Source: Spirochaetia bacterium
GTDB taxonomy: Bacteria; Spirochaetota; Spirochaetia; UBA9216
DNA: 64,000 nt
NCBI GenBank assembly: GCA_965140585.1
Contig: OZ223265.1
Span: 343,118 to 407,117 of the forward strand
Direction of reading: 5' to 3'
Shown here: positions 49,327 through 58,617 of the stretch, piece after piece
How positions within the stretch are numbered: position 1 is the first letter of the stretch
How the letters are laid out: each line of letters opens with the position of its first letter
The notes under the pieces: model-generated
The model's input: the letters and a program-made list of their open reading frames with translations, nothing else
Told to the model about the DNA's origin: nothing
Database searches by the model: none
Position numbers and translations under genes: made by a program

Positions 49327-49365
49327 TCTTGCATAGATACGAAACCAATCCAGAAGGAGACATTT

Positions 49366-50442
49366 ATGGGATACAAAAGTCCGCTTCACGAGACTGTTGA
49401 AACAACAGCAACCGACGTGTGGAATGATTCATGTTCTATCGAAGAGCTTAAATATTCAATCGAAAACGGAGCAACAGGAGCTACAACAAACCCCGTTATT
49501 GTTGGAAATGTGCTGAAAAAGGAGATGCATCTTTGGAAAGACAGGATCAAAGAGCTTGTTAAGGAAATGCCTGAAGCTACCGAGATCGATATCGCCTGGA
49601 AACTCAATGAAGAAATGGCTGTTAAAGGCGCAGAGCTTCTTATGCCTGTCTTCAAAAAATATGACGGAATGAAAGGACGCATCAGTATACAAACCAACGC
49701 ACAATATTACCGTGACTGGAAAAAAATGGCTGATCAGGCTATAGGATTCAATACACTGGCCGAAAACATGATGGTAAAAATGCCTGTGACCGCAGCAGGT
49801 GTAAAAGCAATTGAAGAAGCAACATACGCCGGTGTAAACATAAATGCAACTGTTAGTTTTTCATGTCCGCAGGCTGTGGCAGTTGCAGAAGCCGTAGAAA
49901 GAGGGCTTAAGAGACGTGAAGCAGAAGGTAAGGATGTATCAAAAATGACCCCCGTCTGCACCATAATGGTCGGCCGAATTGACGACTGGCTGAAAGTAAT
50001 TGCAGGCAAAGAAAACATTGCAGTTACTCCGGGCGTCCTTGACTGGGCCGGTGTAGCAGTTTTCAAGAATGCATACAAGTATTACAACGAGAAGGGATTT
50101 CGAACAAGACTTCTTGCTGCAGCATACAGAAACCACCTTCAGTGGAGTGAATTCATCGGCGGTGATGTAGTTCTTACTATTCCATACAAATGGCAGGTAC
50201 AGTTCAACCAGTCGGATGTTAAGGTTAAACCGAGAATGGATGACCCTGTTGATCCTGCAATTATTGATGAGCTTAAAAAGAAATTCCCTGATTTTATCAA
50301 AGCATACGAACCGGACGGTCTTACACATGAAGAATTTGAAACTTTCGGAGCAACAGCCCGGACACTGCGGGGCTTCCTCGCAGGCTATGCTGATCTCCTG
50401 GCAGTAATCAGAGACTTTATGGTTCCGAATCCGGATCTATGA
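49366..50442 (+). CDS. transaldolase-family protein with atypical active-site residues
   Basis: Motifs WNDS, GATTNP, VKMP (Schiff-base Lys), NATVSFS, MVGRIDD and AAAYR. Confidence 0.85.
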   Translation: MGYKSPLHETVETTATDVWNDSCSIEELKYSIENGATGATTNPVIVGNVLKKEMHLWKDRIKELVKEMPEATEIDIAWKLNEEMAVKGAELLMPVFKKYDGMKGRISIQTNAQYYRDWKKMADQAIGFNTLAENMMVKMPVTAAGVKAIEEATYAGVNINATVSFSCPQAVAVAEAVERGLKRREAEGKDVSKMTPVCTIMVGRIDDWLKVIAGKENIAVTPGVLDWAGVAVFKNAYKYYNEKGFRTRLLAAAYRNHLQWSEFIGGDVVLTIPYKWQVQFNQSDVKVKPRMDDPVDPAIIDELKKKFPDFIKAYEPDGLTHEEFETFGATARTLRGFLAGYADLLAVIRDFMVPNPDL

Positions 50443-50467
50443 TATCGGCCTGATAATAAACCTTCCG

Positions 50468-50497
50468 CTCCCGGGCACCCCCCGGGAGTCTTTTTTT
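50468..50497 (+). terminator. intrinsic terminator
   Basis: CTCCCGGG-CACCC-CCCGGGAG then TC and T7. Confidence 0.85.
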
Positions 50498-50515
50498 ATC
50501 CTGGTATTTTGGAGT

Positions 50516-51985
50516 TCAGAGAAGAGGCGAGAAGATCCTGAAGATAGAGTTTCGCAGCTTGCTCAGAAATGAAAGCCGCTCACAGTCTTCAAGTGTAACT
50601 TTTCTGCTGTGGGACAGGTCCTCCATAAAAACAGTTCTTAGCTGCTCAGCCTTAACTGAATCATAAAACATTGCATTTATTTCGTAATGAAGCTGAAAGC
50701 TTCGGATATCCATGTTACAGGTACCCAATGTTGCAATTTTGGAGTCTACGGTAATGAATTTACTGTGATAAAAGCCCTTCTGATACTGGTAAATCTCAGC
50801 TCCTGCAGCTATCAGCCGTTCATAGTAAGTTTGGGCAACCCAGAAGGGAATCCACTTATCAGGCGGGGCTCCGCACATGATTATCTTTATCCTGACTCCC
50901 GAAAGGGCGGCAGTAATAATTGCTTCTTCAATTGCAGAATCAATTACAAAGTAAGGACTTGCTATAAAGACTTCCTCATTTGCATTTGAAATAAGAGTAA
51001 AAAACAGCTCTTTCAGGCTGTGCCAGTCGGAATCGGGACCGCTTGTAATTATCTGCATAGGCAGATCGGTATGATAGATATCAGATGGTATAATGTATTT
51101 CTCTTCACTGATAAGTTTTCCGCCGCTGTTTTCCCAGTCGGCCATAAATACCGCCTGCAGAAGATTTACAGTATCTCCCTCAAGTCTCATGTGCGTATCA
51201 CGCCATGTCTCAAAGCGCTTTCCGCCGTCAATATACTCCTGGCCTATATTCATTCCTCCTGTAAATCCGGTTTTTCCATCAATAACAAGAATTTTCCGGT
51301 GATTACAGTAGTTCAGAAGCCATCCTGTGAACGGATTCAGCGGATCAAGAAAATAACGAATCTTTATACCGGCTTTTCTAAGCTCCCGTTTATATTTCAG
51401 GCTCATTGCACGAAAACATCCGACACCGTCAAAAAGCAGCCTTACCTCTACCCCGGCTTTCGCCTTGCTGATAAGAATATCCTTTATCTGCTGTCCAAGT
51501 TCATCAGATCTCCAGATGAAGTACTCCATATGAATTGAACGTTCAGCGTTTTTCAGATCTCCCATCAGCTCCTTGAAAAGATCTTCGCCCGAATTAAAAA
51601 TTGTGCAGGCGTTATTCATTGTCATTATCGAACCGCTGCTGTTCAGCAGCATTCTGATAATTTTTACACTGTCGTTTTCGAAGTCTGAAGGAACATTCTC
51701 AAGAAAGCTGGTCTGTTTCTCAATAAGATCGCTCAGATTCTTTTTAAAAATACGTTCGGGGATGTGTTTTACAATCTTCCGTTTTTTCCAGTCAACGCCG
51801 TTAAAGAAATAAATAAAGAGTCCAAGTATAGGAATAAAATACAGAATCAGAAGCATTGATATTGACCAGCTGGGATTCCGGTTATCAAGAAGAATTCTGA
51901 TCGTAACACCTAAAACAATGAAATACATCACAATATTCAGATAATAACCGAGCGAAAACCTCGCAAAAAACGGAATCAGGGTCAT
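50516..51985 (-). CDS. cls: cardiolipin synthase
   Basis: Two N-terminal TMs and two HKD motifs (HRKILVID, HSKFITVD), plus WRDTH and SPYF. Confidence 0.92.
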   Translation of the reverse strand: MTLIPFFARFSLGYYLNIVMYFIVLGVTIRILLDNRNPSWSISMLLILYFIPILGLFIYFFNGVDWKKRKIVKHIPERIFKKNLSDLIEKQTSFLENVPSDFENDSVKIIRMLLNSSGSIMTMNNACTIFNSGEDLFKELMGDLKNAERSIHMEYFIWRSDELGQQIKDILISKAKAGVEVRLLFDGVGCFRAMSLKYKRELRKAGIKIRYFLDPLNPFTGWLLNYCNHRKILVIDGKTGFTGGMNIGQEYIDGGKRFETWRDTHMRLEGDTVNLLQAVFMADWENSGGKLISEEKYIIPSDIYHTDLPMQIITSGPDSDWHSLKELFFTLISNANEEVFIASPYFVIDSAIEEAIITAALSGVRIKIIMCGAPPDKWIPFWVAQTYYERLIAAGAEIYQYQKGFYHSKFITVDSKIATLGTCNMDIRSFQLHYEINAMFYDSVKAEQLRTVFMEDLSHSRKVTLEDCERLSFLSKLRNSIFRIFSPLL

Positions 51986-51989
51986 TTTC

Positions 51990-53504
51990 TTACAGCTCCC
52001 AGTTATATGTTCTTTCCACTGCGCGGTTCCAGCCCTTAAACCTTGACTCTCTTTCACTACCGCTCATCTTCGGAAGCCAGCGTCTGTCTTCAATCCAGTG
52101 TTCAGAAAGTTCCCTGCGATCAGCCCAGAACCCTGTTGCAAGACCGGCAGCATAGGCAGCTCCCAGAGCGGTGGTTTCAGCTACAACGGGTTTTATTACC
52201 GGGACATCAAGCAGATCAGCCTGAAACTGCATCAGCAGGTTATTGGCAGTCATTCCGCCGTCAACCTTCAGAGAATCAATTTCAATACCCGCATCCTTCT
52301 CCATCGCGTCGAAGATTTCAAGTGTCTGAAAAGCTGTTGATTCAAGTACAGCACGTGCAATGTGAGAGGAGTTTGCATAACCGGTCAGGCCGATTATCAG
52401 TCCCCTTGCATCAGGACGCCATCTGGGGGCAAATAATCCGGAGAAAGCAGGAACAAAATAAACTCCGCCGTTATCATCAACCTTCAGTGCAAGTTCCTCT
52501 ATCTCGGGAGAATTCTGTATCAGCCCAAGATTATCCCGTATCCACTGAACAAGAGATCCTGCGACAGCAACTGAGCCTTCCAGGGCATAACAGGGCTTTT
52601 CCTTACCTATTCTGTACAGGACAGTGGTTAAAAGCCCGTATTTAGAATGAACGATATCTTCACCGGTATTTGCCAGCATAAAACAGCCGGTTCCGTAGGT
52701 ATTCTTGCTATTTCCCTGATTAAAACAGGCCTGCCCGAACATTGCAGCCTGCTGGTCTCCAAGGATACCGCAGACGGGTATGCAAGCACCGAATGGCCCG
52801 TCTTTCCTGGTGAATCCGTATGGTTCAGCAGCTGAGGAAGACCGGATTTCGGGAAGAGAATCGGGATTAACGTTAAAAACTTCCATCATCCCGGAATCCC
52901 ACTGCAGTGTTTTTAGATCCATCAGAAGAGTTCTGCTGGCATTGGTAACATCAGTAACAAATGAACCTCCGTCTGCACCGCCTGTAAGGTTCCAAACAAC
53001 CCAGGAATCTATTGTTCCAAAGACGGCCCTTCCCTTTTCAACCGCCGATTTAACCTCATCAGAATTTTCCGACAGCCACTGCATTTTCGAGCCCGCAAAA
53101 TAGGTATTCAGAGGCAGCCCCACCTTTTCACGGTAACGGTCAGGTCCTTCAGACCCCGAGGCCCGGACAATAAGCTCGCCGGTCCTGGTATCCTGCCAGA
53201 CAATGGCATTGTGCAGAGGTTTTCCCGTATAGCGATCCCAGACCACTGTTGTTTCACGCTGGTTTGTTATACCGATGGAATCAATTTCATCAGGACTGAT
53301 ACTGTTTCTTTTAAGTGTTTCTGTAATAACCGTGCAGGTTTTCTCCCATATTTCAATTGGGTCATGTTCAACCCAGCCCGGTTTTGGAAATATCTGCCTA
53401 TGTTCAAGCTGATAGGAATGTTCTATCAGACCCTTTTCATTAAAAAGTATAAATCTTGTGCTTGTGGTGCCCTGATCAACCGCACCGACGTATTTTTTTT
53501 TCAT
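51990..53504 (-). CDS. glpK: glycerol kinase
   Basis: Motifs [30 protein letters not shown] and ETTALGAA. Confidence 0.96.
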   Translation of the reverse strand: MKKKYVGAVDQGTTSTRFILFNEKGLIEHSYQLEHRQIFPKPGWVEHDPIEIWEKTCTVITETLKRNSISPDEIDSIGITNQRETTVVWDRYTGKPLHNAIVWQDTRTGELIVRASGSEGPDRYREKVGLPLNTYFAGSKMQWLSENSDEVKSAVEKGRAVFGTIDSWVVWNLTGGADGGSFVTDVTNASRTLLMDLKTLQWDSGMMEVFNVNPDSLPEIRSSSAAEPYGFTRKDGPFGACIPVCGILGDQQAAMFGQACFNQGNSKNTYGTGCFMLANTGEDIVHSKYGLLTTVLYRIGKEKPCYALEGSVAVAGSLVQWIRDNLGLIQNSPEIEELALKVDDNGGVYFVPAFSGLFAPRWRPDARGLIIGLTGYANSSHIARAVLESTAFQTLEIFDAMEKDAGIEIDSLKVDGGMTANNLLMQFQADLLDVPVIKPVVAETTALGAAYAAGLATGFWADRRELSEHWIEDRRWLPKMSGSERESRFKGWNRAVERTYNWEL

Positions 53505-53794
53505 AAGGACCTCTGGAGGACATTTTATAATCTGTGGGTAAATAACACAATAAGAAATTGAATCATGATTTCACTTCACCGGTAACGTATACAGTAACAG
53601 CCGAAGACGGCAGCGCTCTGACAAACGATCATATGCCGCTTGTCTGACAACAGCCGTAATCAGGGCACTTGGATAATGTACGGTGCCTGAAGTATACTTT
53701 ATTACCCAAAAAAGTAATGAAAACCACAGTATTTATTGACCCGGAAGAATCATTTTATTAACTTAATATCCAAAACTATTTAAAGGAGTACTTA

Positions 53795-54262
53795 ATGAAA
53801 AAAATAGTACTGATTATGCTGGTGGCTTTAGTTGCAACAGCAGGCGCATTTGCAGAAGGTCCCGATCACTTCAGTTTCACACTTGGAGCAGGTGCAGCTT
53901 ATGACATGGTTGCCGACACAATTGATGCAACACAGGTTTACGGAGTTGATTACAACTTCAGCAACACATTCAGCGGCGGATTCAAGTTTTTCGACATCGG
54001 TGGTACAGACTTATCAGCAGTTAACGTAACTGTAAGCCCTGTAGAAAACGCCTATATTTCACTGTTCACAGGTGCAACAGTTGCACTTGCTCCAGTAGTT
54101 ACTTTCGGCGCAGGTCTTGATTACGACTTTTTCACAAAGAATGACAACCTCTTCACCGGAATGGGAGTATTTGTTAACTGGCTGGCTACTGATGGTGGTG
54201 TTTTCGATATTGCGAGCGGCGGTGTAGTAACCTTCGGTCTTAAGACCAAAATCGGTATCTAA
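53795..54262 (+). CDS. small secreted protein, probable 8-stranded outer-membrane beta-barrel
   Basis: Signal peptide ending AFA, about eight alternating aromatic/Gly strands, an AAGGAG RBS and its own terminator. Confidence 0.65.
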   Translation: MKKIVLIMLVALVATAGAFAEGPDHFSFTLGAGAAYDMVADTIDATQVYGVDYNFSNTFSGGFKFFDIGGTDLSAVNVTVSPVENAYISLFTGATVALAPVVTFGAGLDYDFFTKNDNLFTGMGVFVNWLATDGGVFDIASGGVVTFGLKTKIGI

Positions 54263-54278
54263 TTCTTTTATTAATTAT

Positions 54279-54317
54279 AAAAAGAGGATGCAGCCTAGCG
54301 CTTCATCCTCTTTTTTT
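54279..54317 (+). terminator. intrinsic terminator
   Basis: AAAAAGAGGATG...CATCCTC-T7. Confidence 0.85.
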
Positions 54318-54592
54318 ATGTTAAGTCAGCTTCTTATAAACGCTGTTTTTATCAGGGCAAAAAAAATCAGATGATAAACCCTCAATCGTAAGATCCTCTG
54401 TCCGCCGATGTAACCAGGGTTCCGTCATCTGAAACAATTCTTTTTCTTATATATAATATACTATACCATGAATGTTAATAATTCATGAATAAAAATATAA
54501 ATTATCATTAAAATAGTCAGCAACTGTGCTGATGCTGTATTAAAGCATATTTCGAAAAAAATATCAATTGCATGAACCCTTCCCCTGTGACA

Positions 54593-54647
54593 AAATATAT
54601 AAGCTTCTTGCAAAATCCGGTTAGTTTTGCAAGAAGCTTATATATTT
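54593..54647. repeat. perfect 23-bp inverted repeat with 9-nt spacer
   Basis: AAATATATAAGCTTCTTGCAAAA-TCCGGTTAG-TTTTGCAAGAAGCTTATATATTT. Confidence 0.95.
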
Positions 54648-54667
54648 CAGTTTTACAGGATCCTGCT

Positions 54668-55690
54668 ATGAGAATTACAAAAATTAAATATACTGCCATT
54701 ATTCTTTTTTTTGCAGTGATATCCGTAACTTCAGTTATTGCCGACTCTGCTGAACGTGCACAGCCTCCGCGGATTATATGTTGGGGAAGGGGAAATACAC
54801 TTGTATTAAACATGCTTTATATGTTTCCGGAGGCTCCCGAAGCCCTTATTGCCATGGGAAGTACCAGCCAGGCCGGTGGAAGCTTTCAGCAACTTGTAGA
54901 TCCTGATTTTAAAGCAAAGGCTGTTCTGGATATGGAAATCCAGCCGGAAACAGCAGCCTCATATAAACCTTCCGCAATAATCCTTAAAAGCTATATGCGC
55001 GGTGCAGCCGGAAAACTGAAAGAACTTGGAATCCCCCTGATTTTTATAAATATGGAGTCGCCTGAACAGTATGACGAGGAACTGAAGATGCTCGGGCAAC
55101 TTTTCGGAAATCCATTGCGGGCGGAAGAGCTGAGAGCTTATTTCTCAGAAGAAAGAATTGAAGCGCAGACACTTGTTTCGCGATCGGAAATCCCAAAACC
55201 CAGGGTCCTTTTTCTTTATTACAGCATAAAAGGCGGAAGCAGATCACTGAAAGTGCCGCCCACAGACTGGATCCAGACGCGGATGGTTCAATGGGCCGGA
55301 GGCGAGCCGGTCTGGCTCGAAGGATTTAAGGCGGAGAGCTGGCAGACTGTTTCATTTGAACAGATAGCGGCATGGAAGGCAGAAAAAATACTTATAGTTA
55401 CCTATCATGATGATTCATCTGCCGCCACCGCGGAGTTAAAAGAAGATCCGCTCTGGCAGCTTCTTGAAGCAGATATTCTTGCCTTTCCGGGCGATTTTTT
55501 AAGCTGGGACCAACCCGATCCAAGATGGATACTGGGATTGAACTGGCTTGGCTCCAAGCTTCATCCTGATGTCTTCCCTGCCGGAAGGCTTGATGAAAAG
55601 CTTTTCAGCTTTTACAGCACTGTTTATGGATTTGACAGGGAGAAAACCCGTACAGAAATTGTTTCAAGACTCACAGGAGATTACAGGTGA
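54668..55690 (+). CDS. Fe-siderophore/cobalamin-type ABC substrate-binding protein
   Basis: Signal peptide plus class III SBP patterns (E.....KP, VSFEQIAAW, SWDQP). ATG at 54668. Confidence 0.8.
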   Translation: MRITKIKYTAIILFFAVISVTSVIADSAERAQPPRIICWGRGNTLVLNMLYMFPEAPEALIAMGSTSQAGGSFQQLVDPDFKAKAVLDMEIQPETAASYKPSAIILKSYMRGAAGKLKELGIPLIFINMESPEQYDEELKMLGQLFGNPLRAEELRAYFSEERIEAQTLVSRSEIPKPRVLFLYYSIKGGSRSLKVPPTDWIQTRMVQWAGGEPVWLEGFKAESWQTVSFEQIAAWKAEKILIVTYHDDSSAATAELKEDPLWQLLEADILAFPGDFLSWDQPDPRWILGLNWLGSKLHPDVFPAGRLDEKLFSFYSTVYGFDREKTRTEIVSRLTGDYR

Positions 55691-56688
55691 GAAGGCACGG
55701 ACTTTCTCCGCGCACCGGGCTGTTTCTGCTTTCAGCCGGACTGATCTTAATTTTCGCACTCTCACTCCTGCTCGGCCGCTACCCCGGACCTGGAATTAAC
55801 AGTATCTCAACACTAAAAACCGACCCCATGGCGTTAAAGATATTTCTATCAATCCGGCTGCCCCGCTGCACAGCTGCAGTTCTACTGGGGACGGCACTGG
55901 GCTGCGGAGGTTTTATTTTTCAGCTTATATTTTCAAATCCGCTTGTAGAGCCGGGATTCCTCGGGGTAAGTCAGGGAGCAGCATTCGGCGCAGGACTTGC
56001 TATACTGCTTGGAGGACATGCAATGCTGTGGATACAGGCCTCGGCTGCTGTATTCGGTCTCGCAGGCCTTGTTCTCAGTTATCTTATTGCCCATAAACTA
56101 AGGTTCGGAGGCTGGCTTCTAAGGCTTATTCTTGCAGGGATAGCTGTTTCAGCCCTTTTCTCATCCGGGCTTGGTCTTATAAAAACCCTTGCCGACCCAT
56201 TAACCCAGCTTCCGGAGCTGACATTCTGGCTTCTGGGCGGCTTATCAGGAATAACATCAAAACAGATCCTCACGGTGCTTCCTCTGGTTGTCATTCCAAT
56301 TATAATTCTGCTCCTGTTCAGATGGCGTATGAACGTATTTTCAGCAGCAGACCAGACAGCATACAGCCTGGGAATAAACCCGAAAACCGGAAGACCGGCC
56401 GTACTATTCCTTGCAGTTATTCCGGTCACTGCAATGATATCACTTGCCGGCATTGTCCAGTGGGCGGGGCTGATTGTACCCCATCTCTCACGCAGGCTCT
56501 TTGGAGCGGATGCAAGATACGCCCTTCCCGGCTCAGCACTTGCAGGAGGTATATTCGGACTGCTCTGCGATGATATTGCCAGAGTACTTCTACCTGGAGA
56601 AATTCCCCTTGGCATTCTGACAGCTTTAATCGGAGTCCTGCTGTTCATTCTGATAATGACCAGACCCGAAACGGAGGCTGCAGGCTGA
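55687..56688 (+). CDS. FecCD/BtuC-family ABC permease
   Basis: Motifs IRLPR, NPLVEPGFLGVSQGA, FWLLG, GLIVPH and EIPLG. Confidence 0.9.
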   Translation: MRRHGLSPRTGLFLLSAGLILIFALSLLLGRYPGPGINSISTLKTDPMALKIFLSIRLPRCTAAVLLGTALGCGGFIFQLIFSNPLVEPGFLGVSQGAAFGAGLAILLGGHAMLWIQASAAVFGLAGLVLSYLIAHKLRFGGWLLRLILAGIAVSALFSSGLGLIKTLADPLTQLPELTFWLLGGLSGITSKQILTVLPLVVIPIIILLLFRWRMNVFSAADQTAYSLGINPKTGRPAVLFLAVIPVTAMISLAGIVQWAGLIVPHLSRRLFGADARYALPGSALAGGIFGLLCDDIARVLLPGEIPLGILTALIGVLLFILIMTRPETEAAG

Positions 56689-57455
56689 TGAATTATTCAT
56701 ATAAGCTTGAAAATATTAGCTTTTCATACGGCGGAAGAAAGATAATTGACGATCTCACATTGGAGATTCCTCAAGGTGAGATATGTGCAGTAATCGGCCC
56801 GAACGGTTCGGGCAAAACGACCCTGCTGCACCTGCTTCTGGGCTGGCTAAAACCCGACTCGGGGCGAATCCTGATTGGAGACCGGCAGCTTGAAAGCCTG
56901 GGTTCTGCGGAAAGGGGACGGACTGTCAGCCTCCTGCCTCAAACAGAAAACCTCAGCTTTGATTATACGGTTCAGGAATATGTACTTCTCGGCAGGGCTC
57001 CACATCTTCAACCGCTCCAGCAGCCCGGCAGAATAGATTACAAAGCTGTAAAAGCAGCCCTCGAGAGGGTCAGCGGAAGCTATATAGAAAAACAAAAAAT
57101 ACCGACGCTCAGCGGAGGTGAAGCCAGAACCATGCTGATGGCCAGATCGCTTGCCCAGGAACCTGGGATACTCCTGCTTGATGAACCGTCCAATCACCTG
57201 GATCCGTCAAGGCGCAGGCATATGCTTGATATTATAAAGACATTCAAAGATGAAAACCGTACTGTAATTCTCACAACTCATTCACCGGAATCCGCAGCAG
57301 ATATTGCCGACAGCCTTGTTATGATGCCGCAGAAAGGAAATATTGAATTCGGAAGCCTTCATGAGCTTTTTACAGAGGAAAAACTGTCGGAACTCTACGG
57401 AATAGCCGTGAGAATACACAGGATCGATGCTTCGACCGTTGCTGTAAAATATTGA
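56688..57455 (+). CDS. Fe/B12-type ABC ATPase
   Basis: Motifs GPNGSGKT, LSGGE and LLDEPSNHLD. Confidence 0.9.
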   Translation: MNYSYKLENISFSYGGRKIIDDLTLEIPQGEICAVIGPNGSGKTTLLHLLLGWLKPDSGRILIGDRQLESLGSAERGRTVSLLPQTENLSFDYTVQEYVLLGRAPHLQPLQQPGRIDYKAVKAALERVSGSYIEKQKIPTLSGGEARTMLMARSLAQEPGILLLDEPSNHLDPSRRRHMLDIIKTFKDENRTVILTTHSPESAADIADSLVMMPQKGNIEFGSLHELFTEEKLSELYGIAVRIHRIDASTVAVKY

Positions 57456-57474
57456 TCTAAGCTATTATGCAGCG

Positions 57475-58617
57475 ATGGATACTCTCAAATTAAGAATTGA
57501 TACACTTTCCTACGGCGGTGACGGAATAGGCCGTCATGAAAATATTGTTTACTTTGTGCCCTTCAGTGCTCCCGGGGACCTGCTTGAAGTTAAGATAACC
57601 CGAAAAGAAAAAAACTACAGGAAGGCTGAAATAGTTAGAATCATTGAACCTTCAGCATCCAGAAGGGCTGCACCGTGCGGATATTTCGGGACATGCGGCG
57701 GCTGCCAGTGGCAGCATATCAACTATGAAACACAGCTGTATGAAAAAGAGCGGGAACTAAAAAGTGCTTTCCTGAAAACCGGTCAGGATAATGCAGCATC
57801 AATGATACTGCCGGTTACAGGTTCTGATGATGAGTTTCATTACCGCCGCATAGCCAGATTTAAGCTGCATAAAAACCGGCACAGCGGCCAAACCGAGAAA
57901 GGCTTCTATAAACGTGCATCCAAACAGTTCATGAGAATCAGTGAATGCATGCTTCTTGATAAAAGGCTTGAAGGGACGGCAGTTCCCACGCTCAAAGGCC
58001 ATGCTGCAGGACTTGATGCCTGGATTGATGATTCCGGAAGCGCCAACACTCTCATCCGCTACAGCGAAAAAGATCCCGGTGCAGATTTCGTCCAGGTTAA
58101 CAGCCGGATGAATGAAAAACTGCGTCAGATTGTATATGCTGCTGTGACAGATCATTTTGGAAATAGGCAGTTCAAGGCAGCAGATTTATTCTGCGGTGAC
58201 GGCAATCTGTCGCTTCAGTTTCACGGCAGGGCATCATCGATAATCGGCTGGGATTATTCAATAAATGCAATTAAGAAGGCAAATGAAGAAGCCGCACTGA
58301 AAGTCAGTTCAAGCTGCAGAATTGAATACCACGAACGAAATATTGATCACTCAATTAATAGAATTCTGGGTGAGATAAAAAAATCAGACTGCCTTATCAT
58401 TGACCCTCCCAGAAGGGGGCTGAAAAAGCATGCCTCTGCAATCGCAGAACTCAAGGTACCCCTGGTTATTTACGTTTCATGCTCACCGCCGGACCTTGTA
58501 AGGGATATAAAATATTTCAGTGAACAGGCATATGAGACTACACTAATACAGCCGCTTGATATGTTTCCCCAGACCTATCACCTGGAGACCGTCTGCGTAC
58601 TAAAAAAATCAGATTAA
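57475..58617 (+). CDS. rlmD: 23S rRNA (uracil-5)-methyltransferase, RlmD/RlmCD type
   Basis: TRAM domain, C..FG.CGGC cluster motif, FVQVN, DPPR.G, YVSC and DMFPQTYHLE. Confidence 0.85.
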   Translation: MDTLKLRIDTLSYGGDGIGRHENIVYFVPFSAPGDLLEVKITRKEKNYRKAEIVRIIEPSASRRAAPCGYFGTCGGCQWQHINYETQLYEKERELKSAFLKTGQDNAASMILPVTGSDDEFHYRRIARFKLHKNRHSGQTEKGFYKRASKQFMRISECMLLDKRLEGTAVPTLKGHAAGLDAWIDDSGSANTLIRYSEKDPGADFVQVNSRMNEKLRQIVYAAVTDHFGNRQFKAADLFCGDGNLSLQFHGRASSIIGWDYSINAIKKANEEAALKVSSSCRIEYHERNIDHSINRILGEIKKSDCLIIDPPRRGLKKHASAIAELKVPLVIYVSCSPPDLVRDIKYFSEQAYETTLIQPLDMFPQTYHLETVCVLKKSD

